DNA of 62,232 bases, filler included, from Rhabdomonas costata (GCA_019059605.1; 30 parts of 30 records of this genome joined end to end with filler, not necessarily neighbours in it), one strand, 5' to 3'; shown: positions 12,502 to 24,587, counted from the whole stretch's first letter. Numbers and translations are program-made. Notes: generated by a model not told the origin, from the sequence alone.

Positions 12502-13869
12502 TCATTTTATTTTACTCATATTACATGAACCTGACGGTTGATAATTAAATGGATATAAACAAAATGAATATACATTGATACCTTCACTACAACAATATGG
12601 AAAATGTTGAACTGGTTGAACTAAATTAAAATATCCTGCAGATCTAAAACTTATTCTTTCTTGACCATTTAATAATAATGTTGTACTATTTATTAAATTT
12701 TTACCTGTACATTCGCCATTTTTTATAATGTATGAATCTGTAAAATTAAAATTGTCATTATTAATTGTTTTTGTTAAATATTGTTGTTGTCCTGTCCAAA
12801 CCATAAATTTACATGGTTGATTGAAATCTATTTTTATACTTCTGTTTATTCCTTCTATCGTTTTTTGTGATACATATGTCGTCTGTTCTATTAAATATTC
12901 ATGAGAATTCTGAGAAAATTTTAATCTCTCTTCACTATCTAAGAATATATAATCAACCAATAAATAACAATTTATTAATGATATTATTTGTGTATTATTA
13001 TATGAATAAAAAGATTCTGATGTACTCAATTGTGGATTTGCCGTAAATGAAGATGTTTGACCTGTTATTACATGTTTTGTTGGACTAGTTGATGGCGAAA
13101 TAAATGTTCCATTTATTTTTCGATAATAAAGTTTCTTTGTTACAACATCAAAATATGTAAATTGTCCAACTGAAACAGTATTATCAATATCTTGTACAAG
13201 ATATTCATCACGTATAAAACAAACAATATCTTCTTGTATTAAAATATAATGTGTCGGCGAAATGATATAACATGTATTCAATGATGATAATTCAAGATTT
13301 ATTTTTACATCAGAATATTTTAATGCAACAATAGGAAGTGCAACATTATAATGTCTACAAAACCAAAATTGTAATGGTATATACATCGTATATTGCGGCT
13401 TTCCATTACTATATTCATATAATTCCGGTATATGACCTATCATTTTATCAATTCCTTTATTTTTTGGACCCATTAGTTCATTCCAAATATATAACCATAC
13501 ACCATATTGTTGATCAATCGTCTGACCACCAATTTCAAGTTCAATATTATTAATAATATTGTATCCTAATTTCCTTGTCCATGCAAATAATGTAATTTTG
13601 TCAATATTTCCATAATTATCAACAAATTGTAATATTTGAGGTGTTGTGATTAATACATATATTTTTGTTATAAGATCACCACTTCGTGATAATACACAAG
13701 ATGTCTTTTTTCCAAATGTTGGTGTATATGGAAAATATTGTGGAATACATTCAATCGAAAAATTAGTATGACGTCTATATATAATTTTAAAAAAGGTAAT
13801 TTGTGGCTTATCTGTAATATATAAATCTTCAATTCCTCGACTTACTAATTGTATCATACCACCTGTCAT
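12502..13869 (-). CDS. NCLDV double-jelly-roll major capsid protein family member (Mimiviridae-like paralog), C-terminus truncated by the contig end
   Basis: Intronless 455-aa ORF with MTGGMIQLVSRGIEDLYITDKPQITFFKIIYRRHTNFS, LEIGGQTIDQQYG, YIPLQFWFCRH..ALPIVALKY, VDYIFLDSEER..F....HEYLIEQ and GINVYSFCLYP..QPSGSCNMSKI. The stop codon lies inside a fold-back segment. Confidence 0.96.
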   Translation of the reverse strand: MTGGMIQLVSRGIEDLYITDKPQITFFKIIYRRHTNFSIECIPQYFPYTPTFGKKTSCVLSRSGDLITKIYVLITTPQILQFVDNYGNIDKITLFAWTRKLGYNIINNIELEIGGQTIDQQYGVWLYIWNELMGPKNKGIDKMIGHIPELYEYSNGKPQYTMYIPLQFWFCRHYNVALPIVALKYSDVKINLELSSLNTCYIISPTHYILIQEDIVCFIRDEYLVQDIDNTVSVGQFTYFDVVTKKLYYRKINGTFISPSTSPTKHVITGQTSSFTANPQLSTSESFYSYNNTQIISLINCYLLVDYIFLDSEERLKFSQNSHEYLIEQTTYVSQKTIEGINRSIKIDFNQPCKFMVWTGQQQYLTKTINNDNFNFTDSYIIKNGECTGKNLINSTTLLLNGQERISFRSAGYFNLVQPVQHFPYCCSEGINVYSFCLYPFNYQPSGSCNMSKIK

Positions 13870-13941
13870 TTTATTTAATTTATAAATAAATATTTAAATC
13901 ATGAATAATTTTATTTATAAAATTATTATTAAAAATTAATT

Positions 13942-14405
13942 TTATTCATAAAAAGCCATTCCAGCTAATCCACTCATTATTCTTATAATATTTGTTGATA
14001 ATAAATATATATTTACAACTATAATTTCATTATTACTTTTCATTTGTGTAATTATATCATCTGTTAATGTTACAATTATTTTATTATCATCTAATTTTGA
14101 AAAATTAGCTTGTCCTGATGGTTGTATTATCTCAGGAAATAATGAAAATGAATAAATATTAATCCCTATTGATGGGATTGATGAATGACACATATATGGC
14201 ATTAAATAATTAAAATATTCAATATATGTTGTTTCTTCACGATTACTTCCATTAAATATAATTTTTGCAGTTGTCGCCATATTTTTACTATTATATGTAA
14301 AATCAGTATAATTTTTATTATTTATGTTGGTTGTCGTTTGTAATGTAAAAATCATTTCTTTACATACATTTTGTGTTTTTAATTGTATATCAATCGTCGA
14401 TGATT
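13942..14405 (-). CDS. Second NCLDV capsid-family gene, C-terminal part (5'-truncated)
   Basis: ...TIDIQLKTQNVCKEMIF...IIFNGSNRE..YFNYLMPYMCHS..GINIYSFSLFPEIIQPSGQANFSKL...NIIRIMSGLAGMAFYE* is the canonical MCP C-terminus. The frame is open upstream of the ATG at 14355. Confidence 0.93.
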
Positions 14406-15168
14406 TTATTTTAGAATAATCAACGACGATTGATATACAATTAACAACACAACNNNNNNNNNNNNNNNNNNNNNNNNNNNNNNNNNNNNNNNNNNNNTTA
14501 ATTAATTAANNNNNNNNNNNNNNNNNNNNNNNNNNNNNNNNNNNNNNNNNNNNGTTGTGTTGGGGAGGGGTGGGAGTTGGGGTGACCACGTCAGAAGGGG
14601 AGTCCAACCCACCAAAGCGGGAGTTGGGGCGAAGCCGAAATGAGACCTTTTTTTTTTTTGCGAAAGTTGGGTTCCTTTTTCTCAAAGCGGAATACCAGAG
14701 CAAGTCGTTGGGACAAGTGCAGCACACTGTATACTCAGCGTTACTGTCGAAAACCCTACAGGTAATCTCGCGGCTGGAGAAGGCCCCTGGCAGTTGGAGT
14801 ATGTCACTCACTTCCAAAATGTTACGATTGTTATGATTGTTACGAGACAAACTGACCTCAACGGGGGAGGGGGGAGGGGAGTGCAGTTTCACTTAGTAGT
14901 ACTAATGCATTTCTGCAAGCAAGGAGCACACGGTCGGGTACTTGTTAGAGCACGCCTTGGCAACCTAACATTTGGGGTCAGATAAGCGCGACCAGTTGAA
15001 GTCCCGATAAAATAAGCGTCACACCAAACCCCTCCGTTTTGCGATTAGCCTGGCAGGAAACCTCCCGAATGTCCCTGCAGCACAGCTTTGTTCCTCTGCA
15101 ATAGCTTTCTGAAACTTCGTGCAAAGAAGCCAGAAAAGAAGAGCGTGAGAGGGAGTGATCAAATCGAC

Positions 15169-16315
15169 CTCGAAGGTCATAGAGGAGGCGTCACGCGGCG
15201 CCAGGTTGTATGTGAAGTTGTCTCCCGAGAAGTCCTGCTTGCGCAGCGCCTCGGCCAGCAAGTACGCGTACTGCTCAGGGTCCACGGCTCTCTACCAGAA
15301 AAAACCAGTGGGTCGCCTCTTCCGCAGGTACCGATATCCACTGCACCGCGCACCCCTACACCTCAGAGCAATCGGGGCTGCGTGAGGAGACGATATGTCC
15401 ACTTTGTTCCCCGAAATCATCTCTGGCTGTATTTCTTGATGTTTTGGCGCCTGCCATTGAGGTGTTGACTGTGATAGCTCATTCCTACTGATCATAATAC
15501 CATGTGAAAAATGAAATGACCATGGGCTCTGCAACGATACTGCCTGCCCGCCTCGTTGTCATTCGCAGCAGGCGATCCCGCAGCTCAGTACACGGAAACT
15601 GCCGGAAACTACCACCCATACTTTCAAAAGGCTGGGCATCCTCATGCCACTTGCCCGATGCACACCGAAGTGGAGGGTTCCAAAGTGGTGTGGTTCTCCT
15701 GCTTCACGCTGCATACAGCTTAGCCTGGTTGAAGAGCGAAAATCCACTTTTTACCCCACCCCACCAAACAAATGGCAGCGCACACTCCCGTACCTTAACA
15801 GAAGCCAAAAGGGAGGACAGCAGGGCCTGGGCGTGCCAGACCTGCGAGGCAAGGGGGTCCATCAGGGAAAGCGCCACCCTAAGAGGTGAGAGGCCCAGAA
15901 ACCGTAACTTGAACAAGGAAAGGAATGCAAACCCATCAGCGTCACAAAGTACCCGCAGAACATACACAATGTTCACACGCTCACAGACGTGAGCACGCGC
16001 CTCAAAAGTATCAGCTGACACACTTTTTTTTTTTGCAGAATAGCTCATCCATTCAAACAGAAGAATATTCCTAAACATTCTATCATAGGTGGGGTGGTCT
16101 AACAGACATGTGCGACATGTGTGTCGCTTTTCCGTGGGAATATCGTCCACCACAGGTGTGGGTGCGAAAGTAGGGAAACCAACAGGAGAGCGAAGAAGAG
16201 CGGACCTGCTGGCACCACCCTCGAGCTGAAACCACACAAACCACAGCTTGGGCCCCGCACCCCCACCGGGTGCGCCGGGGAGATGAAACTCACTGAAGAA
16301 GCTCTGCGCAGCCAT
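15169..16315 (-). CDS. XRCC4/XLF/PAXX-superfamily head-domain protein, most like XRCC4 (first 3 exons)
   Basis: Exons 16315-16206, 15878-15794 and 15291-15169 splice in phase: MAAQSFFSEFHLPG...KLWFVWFQLEGGASR|VALSLMDPLASQVWHAQALLSSLLASVK|RAVDPEQYAYLLAEALRKQDFSGDNFTYNL. The pattern (LxDxxxxW, Y...LxxAL...(F/Y)xF) resembles the XRCC4 head. The gene model is solid; the family call is by eye. Confidence 0.55.
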
Positions 16316-19300
16316 TCTCAAAGACAGTACACACAGTGATCACGTGCGCAGGCAAGTAGTGGCAGCACGACACAAAAAACAACACGATGCCTGATGACAA
16401 CAAACATTAAAATTATTGGTGCTCGTATACAATGTGCACCCCCCATACCCACGTATACAACATGCACCCCCTGTTCAGGATTCTTTGAGTTGTCTTTTTG
16501 TTTCTGTGTTTGTTTGATGAGGAATCCGANNNNNNNNNNNNNNNNNNNNNNNNNNNNNNNNNNNNNNNNNNNNTTAATTAATTAANNNNNNNNNNNNNNN
16601 NNNNNNNNNNNNNNNNNNNNNNNNNNNNNGGGGTGGTCTACACGCGTACCAGCAGTGAAGGTGAAGAAAGTCATCTGCGCGACGGGCGCTTATTTTCAGT
16701 TCCCTGGTGAAAACGAGCACGCCCCACCATCGTCTGAACCAGCCTGTTTTCGACAAGGCTCTCAAAATGGCTACCCTGATATAAAACCGGTGGGGAAACG
16801 GCGCATTGAAAACTTGAAAATAAAAAAAGGCCGACAATGCCGACAAGGAGGAGGCGGAAGAGGAGGAGGACGCGGAAGCGGCGACCGCGAGCGGTCGGGC
16901 AAGGGCGCGGAAGGCCGAGCTGCATTTGTGAAGCTGGTGACCCGGCCAACCTGCTAGGGATGACCATGACCTGTGATCCACATCCCAAAGCAAGGAGAGC
17001 CACCGAGGCGGACCCCTTTGGTGTAACAGGCACGAAAAGTTCCTGGTGTGATGGATGGGCCAGTCCGAACATGGCCCGCTGTTTAGCATGCCAGAGGGCA
17101 GAGCCCCCAGGGTATCGGGGCGGAAGGCTCTGGTGGCGAGGTGGGCGCTATATCTGCTGCTTGCAGTTCCGCGACCTTGACATGGAAGGCATGTACTGCC
17201 AGCGAGCACCGCCGCCCCGGCAGGAAGCACCGGACGCGAGGTCGCTGGAGCAGGGCCGACAATCTGCTAGCGGCGGCGCAAGAGTTCGGCAAGACACCTG
17301 GCCGTGGTGGTAGTCCATCATTCCCTCGGCAATTCTCCCTCGTGAATAGCGTTTGCTACTCCGCCGTGAATAGCGTTCGCTTCCCAAAATCTTCGGAAAG
17401 GACCAAACGGCACCTAAATGGGTTCCGTGATCGTGTGAAAGCGGTTTACACCTGGTATTTGGTAAACCCCACAAGTGCACCGCCTCCTAACCACGCTGGA
17501 ATTCCGCAGCAATTCCAGGGGAGCTAGTGTAGCGCTCGGGTGCTTGGCTCAGGCCGCGCTGGCCTTCGCACGGAATTTACCTGAAACGGGGGTTTAGTGA
17601 TCGCATGGAAGCTTGTTACGGCTCTTGTCCCATTGTGTCAAGTCGTTCTCGTTTGAGCTATGTTTCGCTTATGAAAGGCTTCTGTGCGATGAAAGAAGAG
17701 AAAAGAGAGTAAAACGGTTATGGAAAACATTGCGCGTTGTTGAGTAGCGAACGCTGTTCAGTGTAGCATGCTCCTAGTTAAATGTTGAGGTTTGTGTATG
17801 CGTTCCCCAAGACTTCGTCCGTGGACTTGCCTGCGCTGTCGGCTTAACCCTTGCTGGGGCTCAACTCATTGCATATCCGCCTGCCCGGGGCAAGCTGCGC
17901 TTAGCAGTAGGGGCTGTTTGATTTTATGAAATGGTATGCCAAGTGGGGTAGCGAAGAGCTTTTCTTTGTCAAAGCTAGTTGCAGACCGGTGGACTTAGCT
18001 TTGTGTGGTTTGCTGCTGTTACGTTTGTTTTAGTTTGAGAGGTTCACTCCTTATCGGTTTTGCAGTGCGCTCACTTTCTTCTCCGTCCACTTCCCATTTC
18101 TTTAGCTGTGGGTTTCTACTTTACTCCTAACAAGCGACTCTGAAATTCCTTTTGGAGGCAGCGCTACTCCAGTTACCTGTATTGCCGGTGGTTCTGCAAT
18201 CATCTTAAACATTGTGTGTATTTGAGCTTCTCTTTCTGTTGAGTGCTGTCTTTTCGTTCCGTTCAAACTGTGAACACAACTGTGAATTCTAATGCTGCCT
18301 TGTTCCACCGTCTTCGATGCCATAATGAAATAAGAATGTCAGAATTTGTGTTCCCATTGATTGGGGGTTTGCTGAAGCCTATTGCCGCCATTCAGCAGAA
18401 AGAAACATTGTCTGGCGTTTCAGCTTTTTTCATTGGAAACATGTCTGTATGGTTCTGGGCAGAACGCCAGCCTCTGTCACGGCGCTGTCAATGGGATACT
18501 TCCCGCTGCCACCAGGGATATGATCACGGCCGCGCTGTACCGTCTCACTACGGGCCTAAGCTGTGAGATGGCCACTGTGGGCGGGGAACCGCGATGCAGC
18601 TGCTCCGNNNNNNNNNNNNNNNNNNNNNNNNNNNNNNNNNNNNNNNNNNNNTTAATTAATTAANNNNNNNNNNNNNNNNNNNNNNNNNNNNNNNNNNNNN
18701 NNNNNNNCTAGGTGGACGATGCTTTTGTTTGGGAAGTGCACACCGGTCCGGCGCGTTGGTTTTTTGGAACTGAAAAGGCGGAGAACGGAATTGCAGGTTT
18801 CCCCACATCATGGCATGAAGGGTGAAGAACAGCGAGGTGTATTCACCTTTTAGATTCCGCTCTTGGATGAAGCCCTGACAAGACAACTGCTGTCATGTGA
18901 ATGCGAACATCATTAGGAAACTTGGGGAATCGCTCCTTCGTGTCTTGAGGTCCTGCGGTGGCATCAATGACGAAAGAGTAAAACCACGAAATACAAAGCA
19001 CATTGTTCCTGGGGTGCAAAAGACATTCTCTGTCTGACTACCCAGCTCGTGAAGAGAACACCACCTTCCTCTCGTGTGCAAGTATGCAAGCCGCTGTGTT
19101 GGCCGCAATCAACTCTAACACACACCGGGGTCAGCCATAGGACGAAAAATAATAAATAGTGGGCAACCAACGCAAATCTTTTCCTAACCTATCGATCCAC
19201 AGGAAAGGAGAGCTGAGAACATGTAAGGAGTCACGATGAATATATTGAGGAGAGAGAGAGTCAACAAAACCCCATTCTCCCGAAGTACACCAAAAGCCTG

Positions 19301-19728
19301 GGCAGTAAAAGATTCGCCTTTTTCCCGCTCTTTCTTCCTTTTAATCAAAGTAGTGCTTCCATGACAGAGACTTTGGGGATGCCACCGCGGAGGAGAAACC
19401 TTCTGTGCACGCATGACGAACACAGCAGTAAAGGTAAAGCACGGGGGGGGGGCACCGAAAGCGTCAGCTGGCATTGTGTGCCGGTAACATTGTTTCTTAC
19501 CAACCCTCTTTTTCGGGTGAGTCCTGATTTCCCTCTGGCTTTTCTGTGTGTGTATTTAACAATAAACACACCCGCGAAGAAAAGGGTGGACTTGGGTGGA
19601 CGCCCTTCGGCGGGAGCGAGGGGGGGTATTAAATCTGTACAATGCCGTCACACAAAAAAGCCCATAAAACCAAACCAAGGGGGCCCGACCCACCTAGAGC
19701 TTAAAGCTCTCTCCCCGCTCCCCCATAG

Positions 19729-20041
19729 ACCAGACCGTTGAGCAGACTGGACGTCGTGGAGACCAAAAAACCCAGCCACCTCAATGAGGCGAACCCAACC
19801 GATGAACCACTGGATTCGATGGTGTCAATCGTGTCCAAGCTCGATATGTGGGAAAGAACGTTCGATTTCCTACCATCGCTTTTTGCCCGGTCGTTGGGCG
19901 GCAAGAAACAGAAAAACCTGTGGCCCGGGGTTGATGGTAATGCTCAGCCCCTCCCCGACGGCGGGGGGCTCCGAACAGACACCAGGTCGGCAGGCCGTCT
20001 GCATTTCCCTTCTCCAAACGATGACAGCAGCGAATTGTGGG
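19729..20041 (+). CDS. Possible internal exon, unidentified protein
   Basis: Pyrimidine-rich CATAG acceptor, open frame TRPLSRLDVVETKK...DDSSELW, donor G|GTACGT. Confidence 0.35.
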
Positions 20042-23000
20042 GTACGTTAGGGTAAGTGTGTGTATCGGATAATGAGGGGTGGGGTGGGAAATCGTGTAGA
20101 ATCAGAACAATCGATGAGAGACAGAAAGAGAGGTTGAAAGGGTCCAAAAGGGAGAAACAAAAACAAAAAGGCCGCGCTTGAATCCTGAGAAGCAGCCAAG
20201 CCGAGCCAACCAAAGGTTGTGCAGAAACAAAAATAGATGCAGAATTTCATGAATTCTTTCGCAGCTTATCTTCTCACGCCAAATCGCGACCCCGTCTCAT
20301 TACCCTTCTCACATGTACTCAGCAAGCCATCCATTTTGAACCCTACCGAGCGAACATGTCCGCGTTCAGAGCTGGCATCCGCAGGGGCTTATTCGCTATT
20401 TGCTGAAGTACATACAAATGCGCTCTCTCGCACATCGTCAACACACAACACACACATGGGCGATTGAGATCCGTGCGTGCGGTCCTTTGGTGCACGGATC
20501 GACGCTATGTACTCCAATATGGAAGTCATCGAAGCCACAATATGGAAGTCTTCACCCTTTTGGGTCCAGTTCGGTTTGCACCTTCCGTTTCACATGCCAA
20601 AGTGAAACAGTTCCTTCCCGAACGGCGAAGGGGTCATTTCGTCGCGCCACTTGCTCATAAGCCCAGAATATCTCCCCAACCCCACNNNNNNNNNNNNNNN
20701 NNNNNNNNNNNNNNNNNNNNNNNNNNNNNTTAATTAATTAANNNNNNNNNNNNNNNNNNNNNNNNNNNNNNNNNNNNNNNNNNNNTTTGTGTGTTTTGTG
20801 CTGTCTTTTGTTTGTTTCCGCCGCACGAGCCTTGGTGCTGACGTGTACTTTCCATTTTATGCGTGTGTATTCGTACCAATGCTCTGTTTAAATTCTTTTC
20901 CATAAATGGTGACAAAATCCTCACAGCCTGCACATCATACATCATGCATCCTGCTCTGGCTATAATCTCCTCAACGGTATGTACGATGCTCTTGCAGACT
21001 ACTTCAAGCAGCCTGGATACCATGTCATAACATATATAGGCCATTTCCTGGTGATTTTCAGCGTCACGGAGACGTCTTCCTGGCCGTTGCGGCTGATTGC
21101 CTGCCCCACTCTACAGCCATCATTATCATTAGCGGAGGCGACCACTGAAGCACTTGCCGAACGGTAGGAGCATACAAAGTCTGCGTTCAGATGCGAATAT
21201 TAACGGCTGGACGGTTGGAGTTTCACCACGGTCTGGACAGAGACCATGGGGTCTCATGGACTTTCTTCGCTGGCTGCAGTATGTGAGTTAGCCGAGAGCC
21301 AGTCAATGCGCTGCTGTACCTTAGTGACAGAGGCGGATTCAGGAATGTGGTGGCGGCTGACGGTGGAGGTGATGCAATTGTCTGCCGCAATTGTTCTTCT
21401 GGCTTAACCGGACATTTACAACAATTTCTGTGGTTCCACTGATAGGGATGGCTGATATGTGGAGTACAGCATGTGCCAAACTCCAACACACATGTTTTTC
21501 TGTGACGTAGTGTGTGCATTGTTGCGTTGTGTTATACATGTTACAGATGTTGTTGTTGTTATAGATGGTGATGGTGTAGCATGTCAGTTTAATCTACCGC
21601 CAAGTCTCCTGTCCATTAACTTCCACTCTCTTCCACCAATTATGGTCTCCTTCCATTCTGTGCCCGCCACATACCCTCGATGTTGTACGTGCTCTGCAGC
21701 CCATTTGTTTTGGTAATTGACAGTCCTTGCGTCAGTTTACTTCATGCACTCATCATGATGCGTTTCTTTTTTCAATATTCCCTTCCAGGTGGTGTTTTGG
21801 CACACGAGGTTGATGCTGCACAGTCCATTTGTCCAAATGTTGTTTTTACTCAAATCGTTATCATTCGCATTTCTTTATTGTACTGTGTACAATGCCATTT
21901 TGTTCTTCTTCATTACACTCCTCCTCTTTGAACCCTTTCTGCTTCTCCTCTTCCAGTTCCTTCTCTTTCTCTCTCGATCCAGTCTTCCAACACCTTTTTG
22001 AAGCGCAAACGCGCCGTGGCCAAAGGCACCTCCGGTTTGAAAGAGCAATGTGGCGAGAAGCTGCGTTTAATTTTGACCCTGTGTGTAGTTTGTTTTAGTT
22101 TCTGATGTCTCAGCGCTTATTGCCACGTCAATCTCTCTTATCGTGGACGCATGCGTTTCCCTGAAGTTCGATTGCGTACAGGATTCTGGGGCATATGTGA
22201 AATGGATGTGTAGCAATCACCATAATTTTCCTAAGTCATAAGACATGCAAACTCTCCTCGGTAGGTGTAGCCAATTGGAAAAGACTTGGAAAAAAGCACA
22301 AAAGACATAACCACAAACAATTTAAACAGCGTGTGAAAAAACCAAAAACAAACACGTCACAACACAATGAAGCAATGCAACCTTAACTTGTGTAAGTGAA
22401 ATCTGGACGTATACATCCCCATAGCCATCCATGATGGAGAGAACGGAGTCATCTAAATTTAAAACCACAGCTTTCCTCCAGCAGATGCACAGAAGCTCGA
22501 GATGGCCGCCTGGTGATGGAAGTTGATGGGGTCTCGAATTCTGGGTCCCCAAAGGCGTATAGGAGTGGACAGAAAGCACCAGGGCGCTTCGCAGATCACG
22601 GTCCCCAGGCTTCCTGGAGGAGGTGCTTGACAGAAAATGCAAATGTGGTCCAGTTTGAAAACGAAGCGTGCTAAAGGATAGAAGTAGACCCGGAGTATTG
22701 CGCACCCGTGGCGGCTTTCAATAAAGGGAACAACGGCTTATGCAGCATCATCGAACAAAAACCNNNNNNNNNNNNNNNNNNNNNNNNNNNNNNNNNNNNN
22801 NNNNNNNTTAATTAATTAANNNNNNNNNNNNNNNNNNNNNNNNNNNNNNNNNNNNNNNNNNNNGGTTTTGGGGTAGGGGCCGTGCAGTTCCCAGGAACGG
22901 CGGAATAGGGAGACTGGCGAATGTGTGCGACCTCTATCTGCCGTCACTCCGTCTTAGCTACTGAGCCAGTCTCCGGCGAATCTTGTGCACCGGAGGCACC

Positions 23001-23450
23001 TGTTAGTCCCGAAGTTTCACACGGGAATTTCATGATTCTGGCTCTGGTAGAGGGGCCAGGGTTGCCTTCAATATTGCCCCTGTTCCCTGAGTGACTAGCA
23101 CGGTAGACCGTGAATATGGATTCGAGCAAATTTCGTACCCAACTCAGTGTGAGATGGGGCACCTGTTTGGGTAATCTGCAAAGGAACTGCATGACAACTG
23201 TGAGGGAAAATGCAAAAAAAGTAATAAATACCATGTAGTATGTTTATTTGATAGCCCTGGAGCTCAGAAGGGCAGTGCCTCTTGAATTTTAGGAATGGAC
23301 GGCATGAGTTCATCCCACCGCATTGGCCTCGCTGGTAGAATGTTTTTCAGTTTGGCGTGCCAGAATCCCTATCAGTGGGAATGTATGTCCTGCCGTCGGG
23401 GACATGCTTTACTCCGCTCCCCCTCCCCCGGAGATGGGTTCTTTCTGCAG

Positions 23451-24587
23451 TTCCAAGGCAGCGTCGGGGCCCACCTTGAGGCGGAGATGATTCCTGCGCG
23501 GCACAGCCGCATGTTCCCGAGCGGGCAGCAGGTCTACGCCACAGGTGATTCATTCGCCTGCTAGCCATCCTGGGCCTTGTGAAGAAAGCGTGTCGCTGAT
23601 TTCATTTCTTTGTTTGTGTCCTCGTTCTGCTTACCACCAGAGGTAAATACCCACTTGCTCTCTCTCCCTCTGCTGAAAATAGGCGCTGGGATTCATGGGG
23701 ATGCTTAACATTTTTGACATTTGCGGATTTTAATCGCACTATCTCTTAATGCATTGTTAACAAAAAATGGGGTTTGGTGGCCCCTAGTCACTAGTCAGAC
23801 ATAGTTTATGAGGAGAGAGAAATTTGTAACCGTTCAGCCGTGCCAAGGGTTTAGTGCCCTCCCACCACCCTCCGCAAAAGATACATGAGGCCTGATTCGG
23901 GGTAGTGGCCTGACTTGTGCAACTCAGTGGCAGTACAATGGTGCTTCATTAGTGTGCGCTCTCGTCTCGAAGCAAGGTTGGCTCTCGGGCTCATCTTCGC
24001 TCACGGCAACGCTGGAGGTGAAGCGCTGTTGCAAAACCCTATACTCTTTCTTCCCTTATTTGTTGGCTCTTGTTCCCTGTGAAGAGGTTGTCGCCGCGAA
24101 ACCTCCAGAAAGAATTTTAAGGCATCCTGACGGCGCTTGGCCTTGGCATAGAGAGATTTTGTTGATCAAAGGTAAAAAAACGCACCCGCCCAATTTGGGT
24201 TCAGTACGCAAAATATAGGGGTATCGATGGACTTGTGGGGTGGGATTTTGAGTGCGTAGACTGTTGATGTGAATGCTGTTTCTTGCCCTCGCCGCTGCGC
24301 TTGACCAAAAGTTGAGGAGTGCGAGTACTTCTACCGACACTTGGAGACCGTACTTCACCGGCTAAACTACTTTTGGGGGCTTCCCAACGAGGCTGAGAAG
24401 CGAGATGCAGCCGTTGCCGCCAGAATGGCGCACTTTCGGGCCCAGTTCAACCGCCGGACCTGCTCTGCCCCGACTCAGGACGGGCTCACCCCGGAGTGCG
24501 TCTGTCCATGCCCCGGAGGTATGCTTCGATCTGATGTCCGGCGGATGCGTGGACTGCTGAGCTGTGTGGAGAAAGCCTTGGATGGAC
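23451..24587 (+). CDS. Two exons of an unidentified protein
   Basis: Exons 23451-23544 (FQGSVGAHLEAEMIPARHSRMFPSGQQVYAT) and 24312-about 24587 (VEECEYFYRHLETVLHRLNYFWGLPNE...) join in phase 1 across a GT-AG intron. Confidence 0.5.

Noticed and set aside
12476-14453. A 2-kb linear element with hairpin telomeres
   Set aside because: Both hairpins interrupt capsid genes mid-sequence and abut primer-like ends, which fits amplification chimeras better.
10398-16529. Viral capsid genes integrated between MIP and XRCC4-like host genes
   Set aside because: The adjacency crosses artificial spacers and contigs appear ordered by length. No virus-host junction is visible.
16830-16932. Arg-rich or Gly-rich ORFs (MPTRRRRKRR...)
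   Set aside because: Low-complexity GAG/GCG tract open in several frames. An acidic terminal exon is possible but cannot be supported.
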